DNA of 64,000 nt from an uncultured Eubacterium sp. (GCA_948848225.1 CAQOJF010000001.1:207849-271848), one strand, 5' to 3'; shown: positions 19,291 through 29,777, counted from the first letter of the stretch. Notes: generated by a model not told the origin, from the letters alone. Numbers and translations: made by a program.

Positions 19291-19824
19291 CTACCTGGAG
19301 CTGTACACCTCATCCTCTTCAAAGTTGAAATTATCGGAACGATAGGCTCCCTTTTCACCGCGAAAAACTACTTCATCAATATACGGAATATTGTCCAGAA
19401 TACTGTTGGAAATACAGTCAAGTATCATCGTTTCAAAATTTTTGGAACATTTCCTGACCGGCGCATAATCCTCATTAAAGGTAATGAAAATACGCGATTT
19501 TTCAACTTCTATCTCTGTCACTTCTACCTTTTCATCCAGGTTCCGGATCACCTCATCCATAATAAATGCCGGTGTAATGCGGCTTCCGCCCACAGGAATC
19601 TGCAGCGGTACCAGTTCCTCCTGGATGCTGTCGATGGTATAGATATACAACGTTTTTACCGTACTCACACTGCCAGAAGATACCCCCATAATCCGATTGT
19701 CATTGGCAGATAGGATATCCTCCTCTGTCAGATCCATCTCATCCTCTTCCGAATTAAACATACTGCATCCGATACCTCCAAATGCAATCAGCACAACACA
19801 CAAAAAAAGTATGATTTTTTTCAA
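19291..19824 (-). CDS. Putative lipoprotein (possibly GerMN-like)
   Basis: MKK + hydrophobic stretch + GIGC lipobox-like, then an acidic mature region. Confidence 0.65.
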   Translation of the reverse strand: MKKIILFLCVVLIAFGGIGCSMFNSEEDEMDLTEEDILSANDNRIMGVSSGSVSTVKTLYIYTIDSIQEELVPLQIPVGGSRITPAFIMDEVIRNLDEKVEVTEIEVEKSRIFITFNEDYAPVRKCSKNFETMILDCISNSILDNIPYIDEVVFRGEKGAYRSDNFNFEEDEVYSSR

Positions 19825-19829
19825 TCAAT

Positions 19830-20303
19830 TCACTCCTTCAGACATTTTTTTGCAAGAGTCAGTGCTGTCTCTACCGAAGCATTTCTGATTTCCATCCGGT
19901 TTCCCTTAAATATATGCCTTTCTACAATTGTCTCACCAAAACAGCAGCATCCGATATAAACAAGTCCCACCGGTTTTTCCGGCGTTCCACCATCCGGTCC
20001 CGCAATTCCTGTGACACTGAGCGCCACCTCGGCATTTGCTGCCTTTGCCGCTCCCCGCGCCATCTGCTCTGCGGTTTCCCTGCTCACTGCTCCGACGCTG
20101 TCCAGTGTCTCCTGTTTCACTCCGAGAAGATCCCTTTTCGCCTCATTGGAGTAGGTGACAAAACTCTGGTTAAACACGGAAGAGGCACCTCCGACATTTA
20201 CGATTCTGCCTGAAACCAGCCCCCCAGTACATGACTCTGCTGTTGTAATGCTAGCATGTCTTTTTGTCAATTCCTTGACAAGCCATTCTTCCAGAGTCTC
20301 CAT
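19830..20303 (-). CDS. CinA C-terminal / PncC NMN deamidase family
   Basis: TAESCTGG, TYSNEAK, VTGIAGPDGG.EKPVGLV. Confidence 0.92.
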   Translation of the reverse strand: METLEEWLVKELTKRHASITTAESCTGGLVSGRIVNVGGASSVFNQSFVTYSNEAKRDLLGVKQETLDSVGAVSRETAEQMARGAAKAANAEVALSVTGIAGPDGGTPEKPVGLVYIGCCCFGETIVERHIFKGNRMEIRNASVETALTLAKKCLKE

Positions 20304-20334
20304 ATTACGCACCTCCTAGAGAAAAAACAAAAAT

Positions 20335-20880
20335 TTATGATACATCCGATAAAACGGTCCGATTTTTATATATATAATCCACCAGTGAGATCACCGTCAA
20401 CACCAGTGCCGCATAGATCAGTATCTGCTCCAACAGGGCAAATAACGGATGTCTGAAATCAAAGATCAATACGATCGCCATAATCATCTGCACCGTGGTC
20501 TTTACCTTGGCCCAGTAACTCGCCGCAATGACAACCCCTTTTTCCGCCGCCACCAGGCGAAACCCGCTGATGATAAATTCCCGCCCGATGATCACAATGA
20601 CAACCCACACAGGCATCGGACTGTCCGCTTCTGCCAGAAAGCAGATCAGCGCCGAGCAGACCAGGATCTTATCTGCCAGAGGATCCATAAACTTGCCAAA
20701 GGTAGTAACCTGATTATATTTTCTCGCAATGTACCCATCAAAAAAATCCGTGACACAGGCTAATATAAATACCCCCGCCGCAATATAATCCGAATACGGA
20801 AATGTCTGCCATAGCATAAACAGGATAAATACCGGAATCATAATGACCCGAAGTATCGTCAATCTGTTTGGCACATTCAT
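20335..20880 (-). CDS. pgsA: CDP-diacylglycerol--glycerol-3-phosphate phosphatidyltransferase
   Basis: PNRLT, DFFDGYIARK...GKFMDPLADK. Confidence 0.96.
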   Translation of the reverse strand: MNVPNRLTILRVIMIPVFILFMLWQTFPYSDYIAAGVFILACVTDFFDGYIARKYNQVTTFGKFMDPLADKILVCSALICFLAEADSPMPVWVVIVIIGREFIISGFRLVAAEKGVVIAASYWAKVKTTVQMIMAIVLIFDFRHPLFALLEQILIYAALVLTVISLVDYIYKNRTVLSDVS

Positions 20881-20883
20881 CGT

Positions 20884-22221
20884 CTAGTCCTCCTCACTGC
20901 ATAACATTCCAATTAGATCATAGCCGCTGGCGTCCGTTACCTCCAGCTCTACCATGGTCCCTGAAAGGATCTCACTGGATGAGTGAAAAAACACACATCC
21001 ATCGATCTCTGGCGTATCCCGGTAGGTTCTTGCCACATAGACGTCTTCTTCCGGCAGATATCCATCCACCAGCGCCGGTATCCTTCTTCCCACCATGTTT
21101 TCATTGGCTTCAAAGATTACCTGCTGCTGCGTCTCCATAATCTCATCTGCCCACCGTCTCTTCACTTCTTCCTCCAGCTGTCCCTCGAATCCGGCAGCTT
21201 TAGTCCCCTCCTCCGGGGAATAGGGAAACACGCCGAGACGGTCAAACCGCATCGCCTTTACAAATTCTACGCATTCTTCATGCTGTTCCTCTGTCTCCCC
21301 AGGAAACCCGCTGATCAATGTAGTTCTCAGCGCAATGTCCGGGATCCTATTCCGAAGCATCCCGATCTTTTCCATCAACTGCTTTTTATCGGTGCGTCTT
21401 CCCATTTTTTTTAAGATATCATCATTACAGTGCTGTATTGGAAGATCGAGATAATGACAGACCTTTTTATTCTTTCTGATCTCTTCGGCAAGCTCTTCTG
21501 TGATCTCCTCGGGATAACAGTACAGGAGGCGGATCCACCTGACCGCCTCGATCTGTGCCAGCCGCTCCAGAAGTTCCGGAAGTCTCTTCTCGCCATACAG
21601 ATCCACCCCGTACAGCGTGGTCTCCTGTGCCACCAGGATCAGTTCTTTTACACCGCCGGCAGTAAGCTTCACCGCTTCTTCGATCAGTTCTTCCATAGGC
21701 ACGCTGCGATACCGCCCTCTCATGGAAGGAATGGCACAGTAAGAACAGTTTTTGCTGCAGCCCTCACCTATTTTTAAATAACCCACATGACCGGCGCCGG
21801 ACCGGATCCGGTCCGTCAGTCCCGAAGGAATATAGGAAAGCTCTTTCATACTGACCGTCGTCTGACCTGTCAGGGTCTGTTCTACCACCTGCGCCACCGT
21901 ATCATAGGCTGTGGTTCCAATGATGCCGTCAATCTCCGGCATTTCCTTCTGGATCTCTTCTTTGTAGCGTTCCGCCAGACACCCTGCCGCAATAAGTACC
22001 CTGCAGGTTCCCTTTTTTTTATACTCTGCCATTTCCAGAAGAGTCTCGATGCTCTCCTGCTTGGCGTCGTGAATAAACGCACAGGTATTGACCACGATCA
22101 CATCGGCCTGCTCTGGCTCCTGCGCCAGGCGGTATCCCGCATGATCCAGTATCGCCAGCATCTTTTCGCTGTCTACCAGATTTTTGTCACAACCAAGTGA
22201 TACAAAATATATATCTATCAT
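20884..22221 (-). CDS. rimO: Ribosomal protein S12 methylthiotransferase
   Basis: SLGCDKNLVDSE, NTCAFI, EGCSKNCSYCAIP, TRAM domain with PEIDG. Confidence 0.95.
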   Translation of the reverse strand: MIDIYFVSLGCDKNLVDSEKMLAILDHAGYRLAQEPEQADVIVVNTCAFIHDAKQESIETLLEMAEYKKKGTCRVLIAAGCLAERYKEEIQKEMPEIDGIIGTTAYDTVAQVVEQTLTGQTTVSMKELSYIPSGLTDRIRSGAGHVGYLKIGEGCSKNCSYCAIPSMRGRYRSVPMEELIEEAVKLTAGGVKELILVAQETTLYGVDLYGEKRLPELLERLAQIEAVRWIRLLYCYPEEITEELAEEIRKNKKVCHYLDLPIQHCNDDILKKMGRRTDKKQLMEKIGMLRNRIPDIALRTTLISGFPGETEEQHEECVEFVKAMRFDRLGVFPYSPEEGTKAAGFEGQLEEEVKRRWADEIMETQQQVIFEANENMVGRRIPALVDGYLPEEDVYVARTYRDTPEIDGCVFFHSSSEILSGTMVELEVTDASGYDLIGMLCSEED

Positions 22222-23055
22222 TTACTGTAGTCCTTTCGCCTCTACACAGTTATTCATCAGCATGGCGATGGTCATCGGACCTACACCTCCGGGAACCGGG
22301 GTAATTGCGGAAGCAACCGGCTCAACCCCTTCAAAATCCACGTCTCCGCAGAGCTTATTGTCTGCACCTCTGTGAATTCCCACATCGATCACAACGGCTC
22401 CCTCTTTTACATACTCTTTTGTGATAAATCCTGGCTTCCCGATGGCCACAATAAGTATATCGGCACGTCTGGTCACCTCTTTTAAATCCTTTGTCCGGGA
22501 ATGGCAGACCGTGACCGTGGCATTTTCACGAAGCATAAGAAGCGCCATCGGCTTTCCTACGATATTGCTCCTGCCCACGATGACACATTCTTTTCCCTCG
22601 ATCTCCACGCCGGAACGTTTCAAAAGCTGTATGACGCCCGCCGGCGTACAGGAGACAAATCCTGGCTGACCGATACTGAGGGCTCCCACACTCTGGGGAT
22701 GAAAACCATCCACATCCTTTTTTGGCGAGATCGTCTGAATTACCTTATCTTCGTCCATATGTGCCGGAAGGGGCAGCTGAACAAGAATCCCGTCCACATC
22801 TTCTCGGTCATTCAGCTCTCTGACCAGATCCAGAAGCTCTTCTTCTTTTGTCTCCTCTGGCAGCTCAAAGGCAAGAGAACGAATCCCGATGTACTCGCAC
22901 GCTTTCTTTTTATTTCCCACGTAAACAGTGGAAGCCGGATCGCTTCCGACCTGGATCACTGCCAGTGTCGCCTCGATCTTTTCTTTTTTCACCCGTTCCC
23001 TAAGCTCATCTTTTACCATCTGCGAGATTGCTTTGCCATCAATTCGTGTAGCCAT
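22222..23055 (-). CDS. folD: Methylene-THF dehydrogenase/cyclohydrolase
   Basis: LVQLPLP, KDVDGFHP, GRSNIVGKP, TPVPGGVGPMT. Confidence 0.97.
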   Translation of the reverse strand: MATRIDGKAISQMVKDELRERVKKEKIEATLAVIQVGSDPASTVYVGNKKKACEYIGIRSLAFELPEETKEEELLDLVRELNDREDVDGILVQLPLPAHMDEDKVIQTISPKKDVDGFHPQSVGALSIGQPGFVSCTPAGVIQLLKRSGVEIEGKECVIVGRSNIVGKPMALLMLRENATVTVCHSRTKDLKEVTRRADILIVAIGKPGFITKEYVKEGAVVIDVGIHRGADNKLCGDVDFEGVEPVASAITPVPGGVGPMTIAMLMNNCVEAKGLQ

Positions 23056-23137
23056 AATTTTCCTTTTCCTCCATTTCTATCCTTTCGGTTCTATCTTTAT
23101 GTATTTGCAGAACCGCCTTGCACTATACCTGTCATAG

Positions 23138-23818
23138 TTATGAATTTTCAACGATCCGGTCTCTCAGCGACTGCATATGATAATCGGTGCGGTTAATCAC
23201 ATCCGCACAGGCCCGCAGTTCGTACATAATATTTTCCGCATCATCAATATCTTTTTTATATTTGAGCTGGTGTTCCAGACTTGCCCAAAAGTCCATGGCA
23301 ATGGTCCGGATCTGGACTTCCACCCGCATCAGTTCCTTGTGGTCGGAAAAGAAAACCGGAACCTCCACGATCAGATGGAGGCTTCGATACCCGTTCATCT
23401 TCGGATTTTTAATGTAATCCTTTCGCTTGATCAACTCGATATCATCCTGTGCCGTCAGCATATCTGCCACTTTGTATATATCATCAATAAACGCGCAGAT
23501 CACCCTTACCCCCGCCACATCCGACAGAACATCCATGGCGGATTCCACCGTCACAGGACATCCCTTCCGTTTTAATTTAGAAGCTATGCTCGTGGGCTGT
23601 TTGATCCTGGATTTAATGAACTCAATAGGATTTCTTTTTCTCGTTATGGACAGCTCATCATTGAGCACCTGCAGTTTTGTTTTTACTTCCTTTATCGCAC
23701 AGCTGTACATCATCATCATTTCCCGGAATTTCATTTCCTGATCAATAAAAACATGGGATTCATCCATAGGAATATGAATCTGTCTCAGCATCGATGTATC
23801 CAATTCCTGTTCCAGCAT
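23138..23818 (-). CDS. Small alarmone synthetase (RelQ/YjbM-like GTP pyrophosphokinase)
   Basis: SRIK, DVAGVRVIC, GYRSLH, EVQIRT, WASLEH; single synthetase domain. Confidence 0.9.
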   Translation of the reverse strand: MLEQELDTSMLRQIHIPMDESHVFIDQEMKFREMMMMYSCAIKEVKTKLQVLNDELSITRKRNPIEFIKSRIKQPTSIASKLKRKGCPVTVESAMDVLSDVAGVRVICAFIDDIYKVADMLTAQDDIELIKRKDYIKNPKMNGYRSLHLIVEVPVFFSDHKELMRVEVQIRTIAMDFWASLEHQLKYKKDIDDAENIMYELRACADVINRTDYHMQSLRDRIVENS

Positions 23819-24014
23819 TGTACCTTACTCCTTCTCCAACGAAAAAACAGCTTTTTGTTTTTTCTGTATCATATAAACACACCATTTTAATTTTATAAGA
23901 AAATGAATATAAAGTCAAATAATTCTTTACTTTTTAACTCTGGCAACGTATACTGTAACCGTGTCAGGACAAGCACAAACATACAGATGAAAGTATAAGG
24001 AAAGAAGGGATCCC

Positions 24015-24284
24015 ATGTTCAGACTGTGGGCAAAAGAATTTCGTTCCAACCGCATGCTCCGGGATATGGTGGTGGAAAACGCCTCACCGGACCTAAATCG
24101 TACAAAAAAAATTTTTGCCGCCATGGATGAAATCTGCTATGAATTTGATCTTTCAAAACCCATCTGGCTGGAACATAATATTGCTGAATTCAAACGCATC
24201 GATAAGACCCGTTTTACCAGTGATAATTTTATCGAAGCCATCGATTTTGATTTTCTGGAAATTCAGGTAATTGAAGAAGATTAA
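24015..24284 (+). CDS. Conserved hypothetical protein
   Basis: 89-aa ORF with RBS AAGGGA; no overlap with other genes. Confidence 0.75.
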   Translation: MFRLWAKEFRSNRMLRDMVVENASPDLNRTKKIFAAMDEICYEFDLSKPIWLEHNIAEFKRIDKTRFTSDNFIEAIDFDFLEIQVIEED

Positions 24285-24401
24285 ATGAATATTTTTCCAG
24301 TCTTCTGGCTATACTTCTGTAAAAGAGCTTCCGGAATCCGGCACAAAACACTGGCCTTTATTCCGGAATCTCTAAGATTTCAGCAGGAAGGAGACCATAA
24401 A

Positions 24402-24590
24402 ATGAAGGCTGTTGTAGATGAAGATACATGTATTGCCTGCGGCTTATGCGTTGGTACATGTGAAACGGTATTTGCTTTTAATGACGACGGAAAAGCTTCT
24501 TCGCAGGTGGATGAGATTCCGCCGGAATGCGAGGCGGACGCCCAGACGGCAAGAGACGGCTGTCCAGTGGATGCAATCTCGATTCATTAA
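24402..24590 (+). CDS. Monocluster [4Fe-4S] ferredoxin
   Basis: MKAVVDEDTCIACGLCVGTC...GCPVDAI; AAGGAG RBS before ATG 24402. Confidence 0.93.
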   Translation: MKAVVDEDTCIACGLCVGTCETVFAFNDDGKASSQVDEIPPECEADAQTARDGCPVDAISIH

Positions 24591-24595
24591 AAACC

Positions 24596-24650
24596 AAAAA
24601 AGAGATACGGCGCTTTTGGGTATAACTCAAATCTGCCGTATCTCTTTTTT
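24596..24650. terminator. Bidirectional terminator between ferredoxin and hydF
   Basis: AAAAAAGAGATACGGC...GCCGTATCTCTTTTTT. Confidence 0.85.
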
Positions 24651-24672
24651 TCACTTTTTCCTTCCTGACATG

Positions 24673-25872
24673 TTAAATCATGGCCGCCAGGTCTGGAAAT
24701 ATCCCGACGCTCCGTTTCAAAATCCCCTGCATATACGCAATGGTGATACCATAATTGGTAAACGGTATCTTCTGGTCCACCGCGCACTTCATCCGGTATC
24801 TGACCTCTCTTTCATTGAGCATACAGCCCCCGCAGTGGATGACCAGCGAATAGGGGGACAAATCTTCTGGAAATTCCCGGCCCGCACTGAGTTCGATCTG
24901 TAGATTTTTTCCCGTATATTTTCTGAGCCACCTGGGAATCTTCACGCTCCCGATATCATCACACTGCCTGTGGTGGGTACATCCCTCTGATATAAGCACT
25001 TTATCTCCATCCCGCAGGGTTTCCACCGCCGACACTCCTTTTACCGCCGTTTCCAGATATCCTTTATAACGTGCCATCAGGATTGAAAAAGATGTCAACG
25101 GAATCTCCTCCGGTACATCCGCCGATACACTGGCAAAGACCTGGCTGTCGGTGATCACAAGAGCTGGTTTCTTTCCCATCTGTTCCAGCGTCTTCTTCAG
25201 CCCGGTTTCTTTCACTGCCAGCACGGTGGCATCTGCCTCCAGCAGATCGCGGATGGTCTGCTGCTGCGGCAGGATCAGCCTGCCTTTCGGAGCCGCCGAA
25301 TCAATAGGTACCACCAGCACCACGAAGTCCGATGGCTGGACCAGATCTCCCACGATCCTTCCCTGCCTCTCCTCCCTGGGCGCCATTTTCCCAATTCTTT
25401 CCCTGCATTCATGAATCCCGGTTTTTGTGACCGCACTGATATACATCTCATGCTCTTCCGCCTCTGGAATCTTCTGCAAAAGATCTGATTTATTATTCAG
25501 GATAAGATAAGGAATATCTTTTTCCTTAAACAGAGCAATCAACTGACGGTCCGTCTCTTTCATTCCCACTGTGGCGTCCACCACCAGAAGTGCAATATCC
25601 GTCCGGTTCAGAATGCTTCTGGTCTTCCGCATACGAAGCTCTCCCAGCTCACCCACATCATCAAATCCCGGCGTGTCAATGATCATCACAGGCCCTAAGG
25701 GCAATATTTCCATCGCTTTCATCACCGGATCCGTCGTAGTTCCCAGTGTATCCGAAACCACTGCCAGCTCCTGCCCTGTTATGGCATTTACCACACTGGA
25801 TTTGCCTGCGTTCCGGCAGCCAAAAAATCCAATATGTATCCGCTCTGCAGATGGCGTATCATTTAGTCCCAT
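24673..25872 (-). CDS. hydF: [FeFe]-hydrogenase H-cluster maturation GTPase
   Basis: GCRNAGKSS, GTTTDPV, DTPG, APKGRLILPQ, EGCTHH...HCGGCM. Confidence 0.95.
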   Translation of the reverse strand: MGLNDTPSAERIHIGFFGCRNAGKSSVVNAITGQELAVVSDTLGTTTDPVMKAMEILPLGPVMIIDTPGFDDVGELGELRMRKTRSILNRTDIALLVVDATVGMKETDRQLIALFKEKDIPYLILNNKSDLLQKIPEAEEHEMYISAVTKTGIHECRERIGKMAPREERQGRIVGDLVQPSDFVVLVVPIDSAAPKGRLILPQQQTIRDLLEADATVLAVKETGLKKTLEQMGKKPALVITDSQVFASVSADVPEEIPLTSFSILMARYKGYLETAVKGVSAVETLRDGDKVLISEGCTHHRQCDDIGSVKIPRWLRKYTGKNLQIELSAGREFPEDLSPYSLVIHCGGCMLNEREVRYRMKCAVDQKIPFTNYGITIAYMQGILKRSVGIFPDLAAMI

Positions 25873-25899
25873 AGGTTTCTCCTTTCCATTAAAAAACTA

Positions 25900-25947
25900 G
25901 GGTCAAAAGGTGGAATCTCTTGGGGGCAAAATACCTTTTGCCCCCAA
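25900..25947. repeat. REP-like palindrome with a nearby partial copy upstream of hydF
   Basis: TTGGGGGCAAAA-TACC-TTTTGCCCCCAA (25920-25947); GGGTCAAAAGGT (25900-25911) can pair alternatively with ACCTTTTGCCCC. Confidence 0.55.
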
Positions 25948-26080
25948 CGTCATATTATATCTCTTTTTCCATTATTCTGCAACTTCTTGCATCTTTTTTA
26001 TTTTCATACTATACTTACTATGAAAGTTATGGGCATTGTCCCGACAAGACGGTATGAGTACATTTGTAAAAGGAGTTATT

Positions 26081-26575
26081 ATGGAATCTGACAATAGGCT
26101 TTATCTGCCCTCTCCCATCGGAACATTGAGGCTGGAATCAGACCAGCAGGGGATCTGCCGTCTCGCCTTTTGTCATACAGGTGTAGAATATCCAGCATCC
26201 CCAGCTTTTCCTTTGTTGTTGGAGGCAAAAAAACAGCTGGAAGAGTATTTTGCCGGTAATCGAAAAATATTTTCCCTTCCCCTCTCCTTTCAGGGAACCG
26301 CCTTTCAGACCCGGGTTTGGGAAACCCTTCAGAAGATCCCCTATGGAGAGACATGGTATTATGGACAGCTGGCGGAAGCAGTGGGCAATCCCAAAGCATG
26401 CCGCGCTGTAGGGATGGCAAATAACCGCAATCCTCTGCCGATCCTGATCCCCTGCCACCGGGTGATCGGCAGGAACGGCAGCCTCACCGGCTACGGAGGC
26501 GGTCTGGATATCAAAGAGAAGCTGCTGGCACTGGAACAAAAAACACGGAGAGAGAATGGAGAAGAAACAAAATGA
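26081..26575 (+). CDS. ogt: Methylated-DNA--protein-cysteine methyltransferase
   Basis: GTAFQTRVW, IPYGET, RAVG, IPCHRV active site. Confidence 0.95.
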   Translation: MESDNRLYLPSPIGTLRLESDQQGICRLAFCHTGVEYPASPAFPLLLEAKKQLEEYFAGNRKIFSLPLSFQGTAFQTRVWETLQKIPYGETWYYGQLAEAVGNPKACRAVGMANNRNPLPILIPCHRVIGRNGSLTGYGGGLDIKEKLLALEQKTRRENGEETK

Positions 26576-27732
26576 ATAAAAAAGAAATCGCGGAGATCAA
26601 AAAATTATTTAAGAAAGATGATAATGGTATCACAAGAATCTGCGGCTGTTACGTGGACGCCGAAAAAAATAAGCGCCTGGAACTGAGAGAGGCATTCTAT
26701 TCCCTGCCGGAAGAGGAGATGTTTAAATATGTGGATATTTTCCGCAAAACCCTCTCCGGAACCCTGGGAAAAAACCTGATGAATATGGAATTTCCTGCCG
26801 AGGAGGAAACCGGTGAAGAGGGAAAACAGAAATTTTTGATGGAACTTCTACAGAGCGGGCTGCAAAACAATGAACTATTGGACAAATTTTATGAGATGGT
26901 CATCCAGACCTACGACTATGATGGCAATTATTTTGTCATACTGATCCATGATGCCTACGACATCCCTTCTGTGACTGCCGATGGCAATACGATCCTGGGT
27001 GACAGCGACAATGGACTTCCTGCCATCGACGCCTCCGATTATGTGTATAACTTTATATTATGCAGTATCTGTCCTGTTAAATTGTCCAAGGCAGGTCTCT
27101 GCTACAATCCGGAAAAAAACAGCATTGAAGACTGTATGCGGGACTGGCTGGTTCAGCCGCCGGAAAATGGGTTTTTATTTCCTGCTTTTAACGACCGGAA
27201 TACAGATATACATAATCTCCTCTATTTTGCCAAAAATGCAGATGTTATGGATATTGATTTTTCCTATGACCTGCTGGGCTGTACCTTTCCGATTCCGGCA
27301 AGGGAACAACGGGAGACATTTACCACCATCGTTGAGGAATCTCTCGGTACCACCTGCGATTATGAAGTGGTGAGAAACATACACGAAAATCTAAATGAAA
27401 TGATCACGGAGAACAAAGAAAATCCGGAACCTCTGGAATTAGACCGGGAGGATGTAAAAAAACTGCTGACAGCCAGCGGCGTTCCAGAGGAAAAGATGGA
27501 GACCTTTGAGGAGAAATTCACTGAAAATGTAGGAGAATCCCACAAACTGGTGGCAGACAATATTGCCAATGTAAGAAAATTTGAATTAAAAACCCCGGAT
27601 GTAACCATTCAGGTCAATCCCGGGCGGACGGATCTCATCGACACAAGGGTCATCGATGGCATCCCCTGTATTGTCATTGAATGCAATGACCAGGTGGAAG
27701 TAAATGGAATCCGTGTGGCGAATCCGCAGTAA
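26572..27732 (+). CDS. DUF4317-like protein
   Basis: MNKKEIAEIKK...ITRICGCYVD...GFLFPAFNDRNTDIH; ATGA-coupled to ogt. Confidence 0.8.
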   Translation: MNKKEIAEIKKLFKKDDNGITRICGCYVDAEKNKRLELREAFYSLPEEEMFKYVDIFRKTLSGTLGKNLMNMEFPAEEETGEEGKQKFLMELLQSGLQNNELLDKFYEMVIQTYDYDGNYFVILIHDAYDIPSVTADGNTILGDSDNGLPAIDASDYVYNFILCSICPVKLSKAGLCYNPEKNSIEDCMRDWLVQPPENGFLFPAFNDRNTDIHNLLYFAKNADVMDIDFSYDLLGCTFPIPAREQRETFTTIVEESLGTTCDYEVVRNIHENLNEMITENKENPEPLELDREDVKKLLTASGVPEEKMETFEEKFTENVGESHKLVADNIANVRKFELKTPDVTIQVNPGRTDLIDTRVIDGIPCIVIECNDQVEVNGIRVANPQ

Positions 27733-27762
27733 GTGTCTCTTTTCAATATTTTATTCAGTTCA

Positions 27763-27798
27763 TTATCTGCTGGCTCTCATTCATAAGCCAGCAGATAA
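27763..27798. terminator. Hairpin between convergent genes
   Basis: 13-bp perfect IR TTATCTGCTGGCT / AGCCAGCAGATAA. Confidence 0.6.
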
Positions 27799-28470
27799 AC
27801 CTCCTTCTTCCATCATTACCGTATCTATAAGCTGCTGTACCTCTTCCCGGTTTCCAGACACTTCTGTTTCTTTTACTTCCTCCGCCTTTTTCTCTAACTG
27901 TTCCTCCAGTTTTTCCGCCTTCTCACGGGCTTTGTTACGGGTCTTCTCGATGTGATTTTCGGTATTTTTCTTCATTTCTTCCCGAATCTTTTTATTCAGC
28001 CGGTCATCACGGCGCGTATAGGCAAAATGATAATGATTGCCCTCTTCGTCCACATACCAGTGGCTGGTCCTCTCCACAACACCGCCAAGGGAATTGTAAT
28101 ATGCATTTACAGTTCGTTCCGCCCTCTCAATATCCTTTAATTTCTGTGTGTACTGTGCTGCCGCCTCGGGATCCTTCTGCATCTTTTCCAGAAGTTTGGG
28201 ATTTACCGTTATAACGCCTGCCCTTTTATCCCTCTTCATACTAAGGGCAGAGCCAACCTCCAGCTTCGTATACGGCACCTGCTTCTGCAGGCTTTTGAGA
28301 TATTCCTGGTTGTCTGTTCCCCTCGTCGTTTCTGTCTTCTCCATTATGATCCCGGATGTTCTGTAAACATCACCTGTTTTCTTCTGTCTATCAGCCTCCC
28401 CTTCCTTTTTCTGCATTACAGAAATACCCTCATATGCATTCTTATAAGTTCCTATACTTGAAACAGCCAT
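27781..28470 (-). CDS. Hypothetical protein, DUF6033-like
   Basis: AGGAGGAGG RBS then MAVSSIG; ITVNPKLLEKMQKDPE...W.VDEEG; charged coiled-coil C-terminus. Confidence 0.7.
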   Translation of the reverse strand: MAVSSIGTYKNAYEGISVMQKKEGEADRQKKTGDVYRTSGIIMEKTETTRGTDNQEYLKSLQKQVPYTKLEVGSALSMKRDKRAGVITVNPKLLEKMQKDPEAAAQYTQKLKDIERAERTVNAYYNSLGGVVERTSHWYVDEEGNHYHFAYTRRDDRLNKKIREEMKKNTENHIEKTRNKAREKAEKLEEQLEKKAEEVKETEVSGNREEVQQLIDTVMMEEGGLSAGL

Positions 28471-28533
28471 AATAATCCTCCTCCTTGTCTGTAACGAATA
28501 TGCCGCTTTTGCACGCATCACAAAATATGAAAA

Positions 28534-29775
28534 TCAGATCCATTTAAAAAGAAGCGTAAAGAATCTGGTATCATTGTTCTGGTAGGAAAGCCGCAGCATC
28601 GCATCTGTTTTACCACTATTGACATATACAGCATTCCCTCCGCCACCGATTCCCGGCATTTTAATATAACCGCCGAACAAAATGAAATAAGAATCCAAAT
28701 AAATTTCCTGCTCTTCAAAAATCTGGTTCATTGCTTCCTGGTCCACCATCACCTCATTTTTACCGATATCAATGGCACGATACAGGGCAGCTTTATTATT
28801 GATCTCCACAAATTCATTCTCATCACTGAGAATCAAAATTTCCTTATGTTCTGTATAGTTCGGATAAGAATTCTGGTGAATCAGACAAAACAACCCAAGT
28901 ACTGCCACAATCCCACCGATACAAATGGCAAATCCCCTATTTTTTTTATATGGTCGAAATTCAGCGATGCGTGTAAATCGTTTTTTCATGATCTGGTATT
29001 CTCTTGTTTCGGCAAATGCTGCCCCCGGCGCTGACGTTCCCGCCTGAATCAGGGACATGCTGTTTAATAGTAGTTTTCCATACTCATATGCGCTTCTGCC
29101 ACTTTTCTGGATGGTAACCTGATCACAGATATCTTCCAGATCCTGCCTCACTACCTTCGTACATAGGGTTAAAAATGGATTCATCCACAAAAGGCTGCGC
29201 CCAACATCCCACAGAAAATACAACCACAAATGCCCGAGACGGATATGTATCTGTTCATGTAAACAAACAAGCTGCAATTCCTCTGGCAAAAATGTTTCCG
29301 TCATAATTTGGGGCAAAACAATACGATAATGGATCAATCCTGTGGCAAAGGGAGAAAAAGAAAAATCTCCCACCCACACCTCATGCCCATTCAAATCCCA
29401 TTTCTTCATACCAGAAACAAAGTTCTTTACTCGCCTGCGCCGTGTAAAAATAACAGCTGCCGTTGCAAGCATTCCCACCAGATAACCATATCGTACCCAG
29501 GTAAACTGCATACATGCGTGATTCCACCACCAGAACATACGAACCATCCAAGGCGTTTGATAAAACAGTTTTAGCTTCCCTACAAAAGGAATGACTAAAA
29601 ATACACCCCAGCACATACCCTTCAAAAATAATCGGTTTTTAAAACATGTGTGCCTCAGGAGAAGTACCACCGCCAAAGCCACGAAAGAAAACAATACACA
29701 TCTGCCAAGCTGTATCGAATAATAAACAACAAAACAATCCAGATATTCCAGGATTCTTCTTCCGGTTTCCAGCAC
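28534..29775 (-). CDS. M56 family (BlaR1-like) membrane metallopeptidase without penicillin-binding domain
   Basis: TM helices, SPFATG, HEQIH zinc motif, WMNP, EDICD; short C-terminal domain. Confidence 0.9.
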   Translation of the reverse strand: MLETGRRILEYLDCFVVYYSIQLGRCVLFSFVALAVVLLLRHTCFKNRLFLKGMCWGVFLVIPFVGKLKLFYQTPWMVRMFWWWNHACMQFTWVRYGYLVGMLATAAVIFTRRRRVKNFVSGMKKWDLNGHEVWVGDFSFSPFATGLIHYRIVLPQIMTETFLPEELQLVCLHEQIHIRLGHLWLYFLWDVGRSLLWMNPFLTLCTKVVRQDLEDICDQVTIQKSGRSAYEYGKLLLNSMSLIQAGTSAPGAAFAETREYQIMKKRFTRIAEFRPYKKNRGFAICIGGIVAVLGLFCLIHQNSYPNYTEHKEILILSDENEFVEINNKAALYRAIDIGKNEVMVDQEAMNQIFEEQEIYLDSYFILFGGYIKMPGIGGGGNAVYVNSGKTDAMLRLSYQNNDTRFFTLLFKWI

Positions 29776-29777
29776 AG

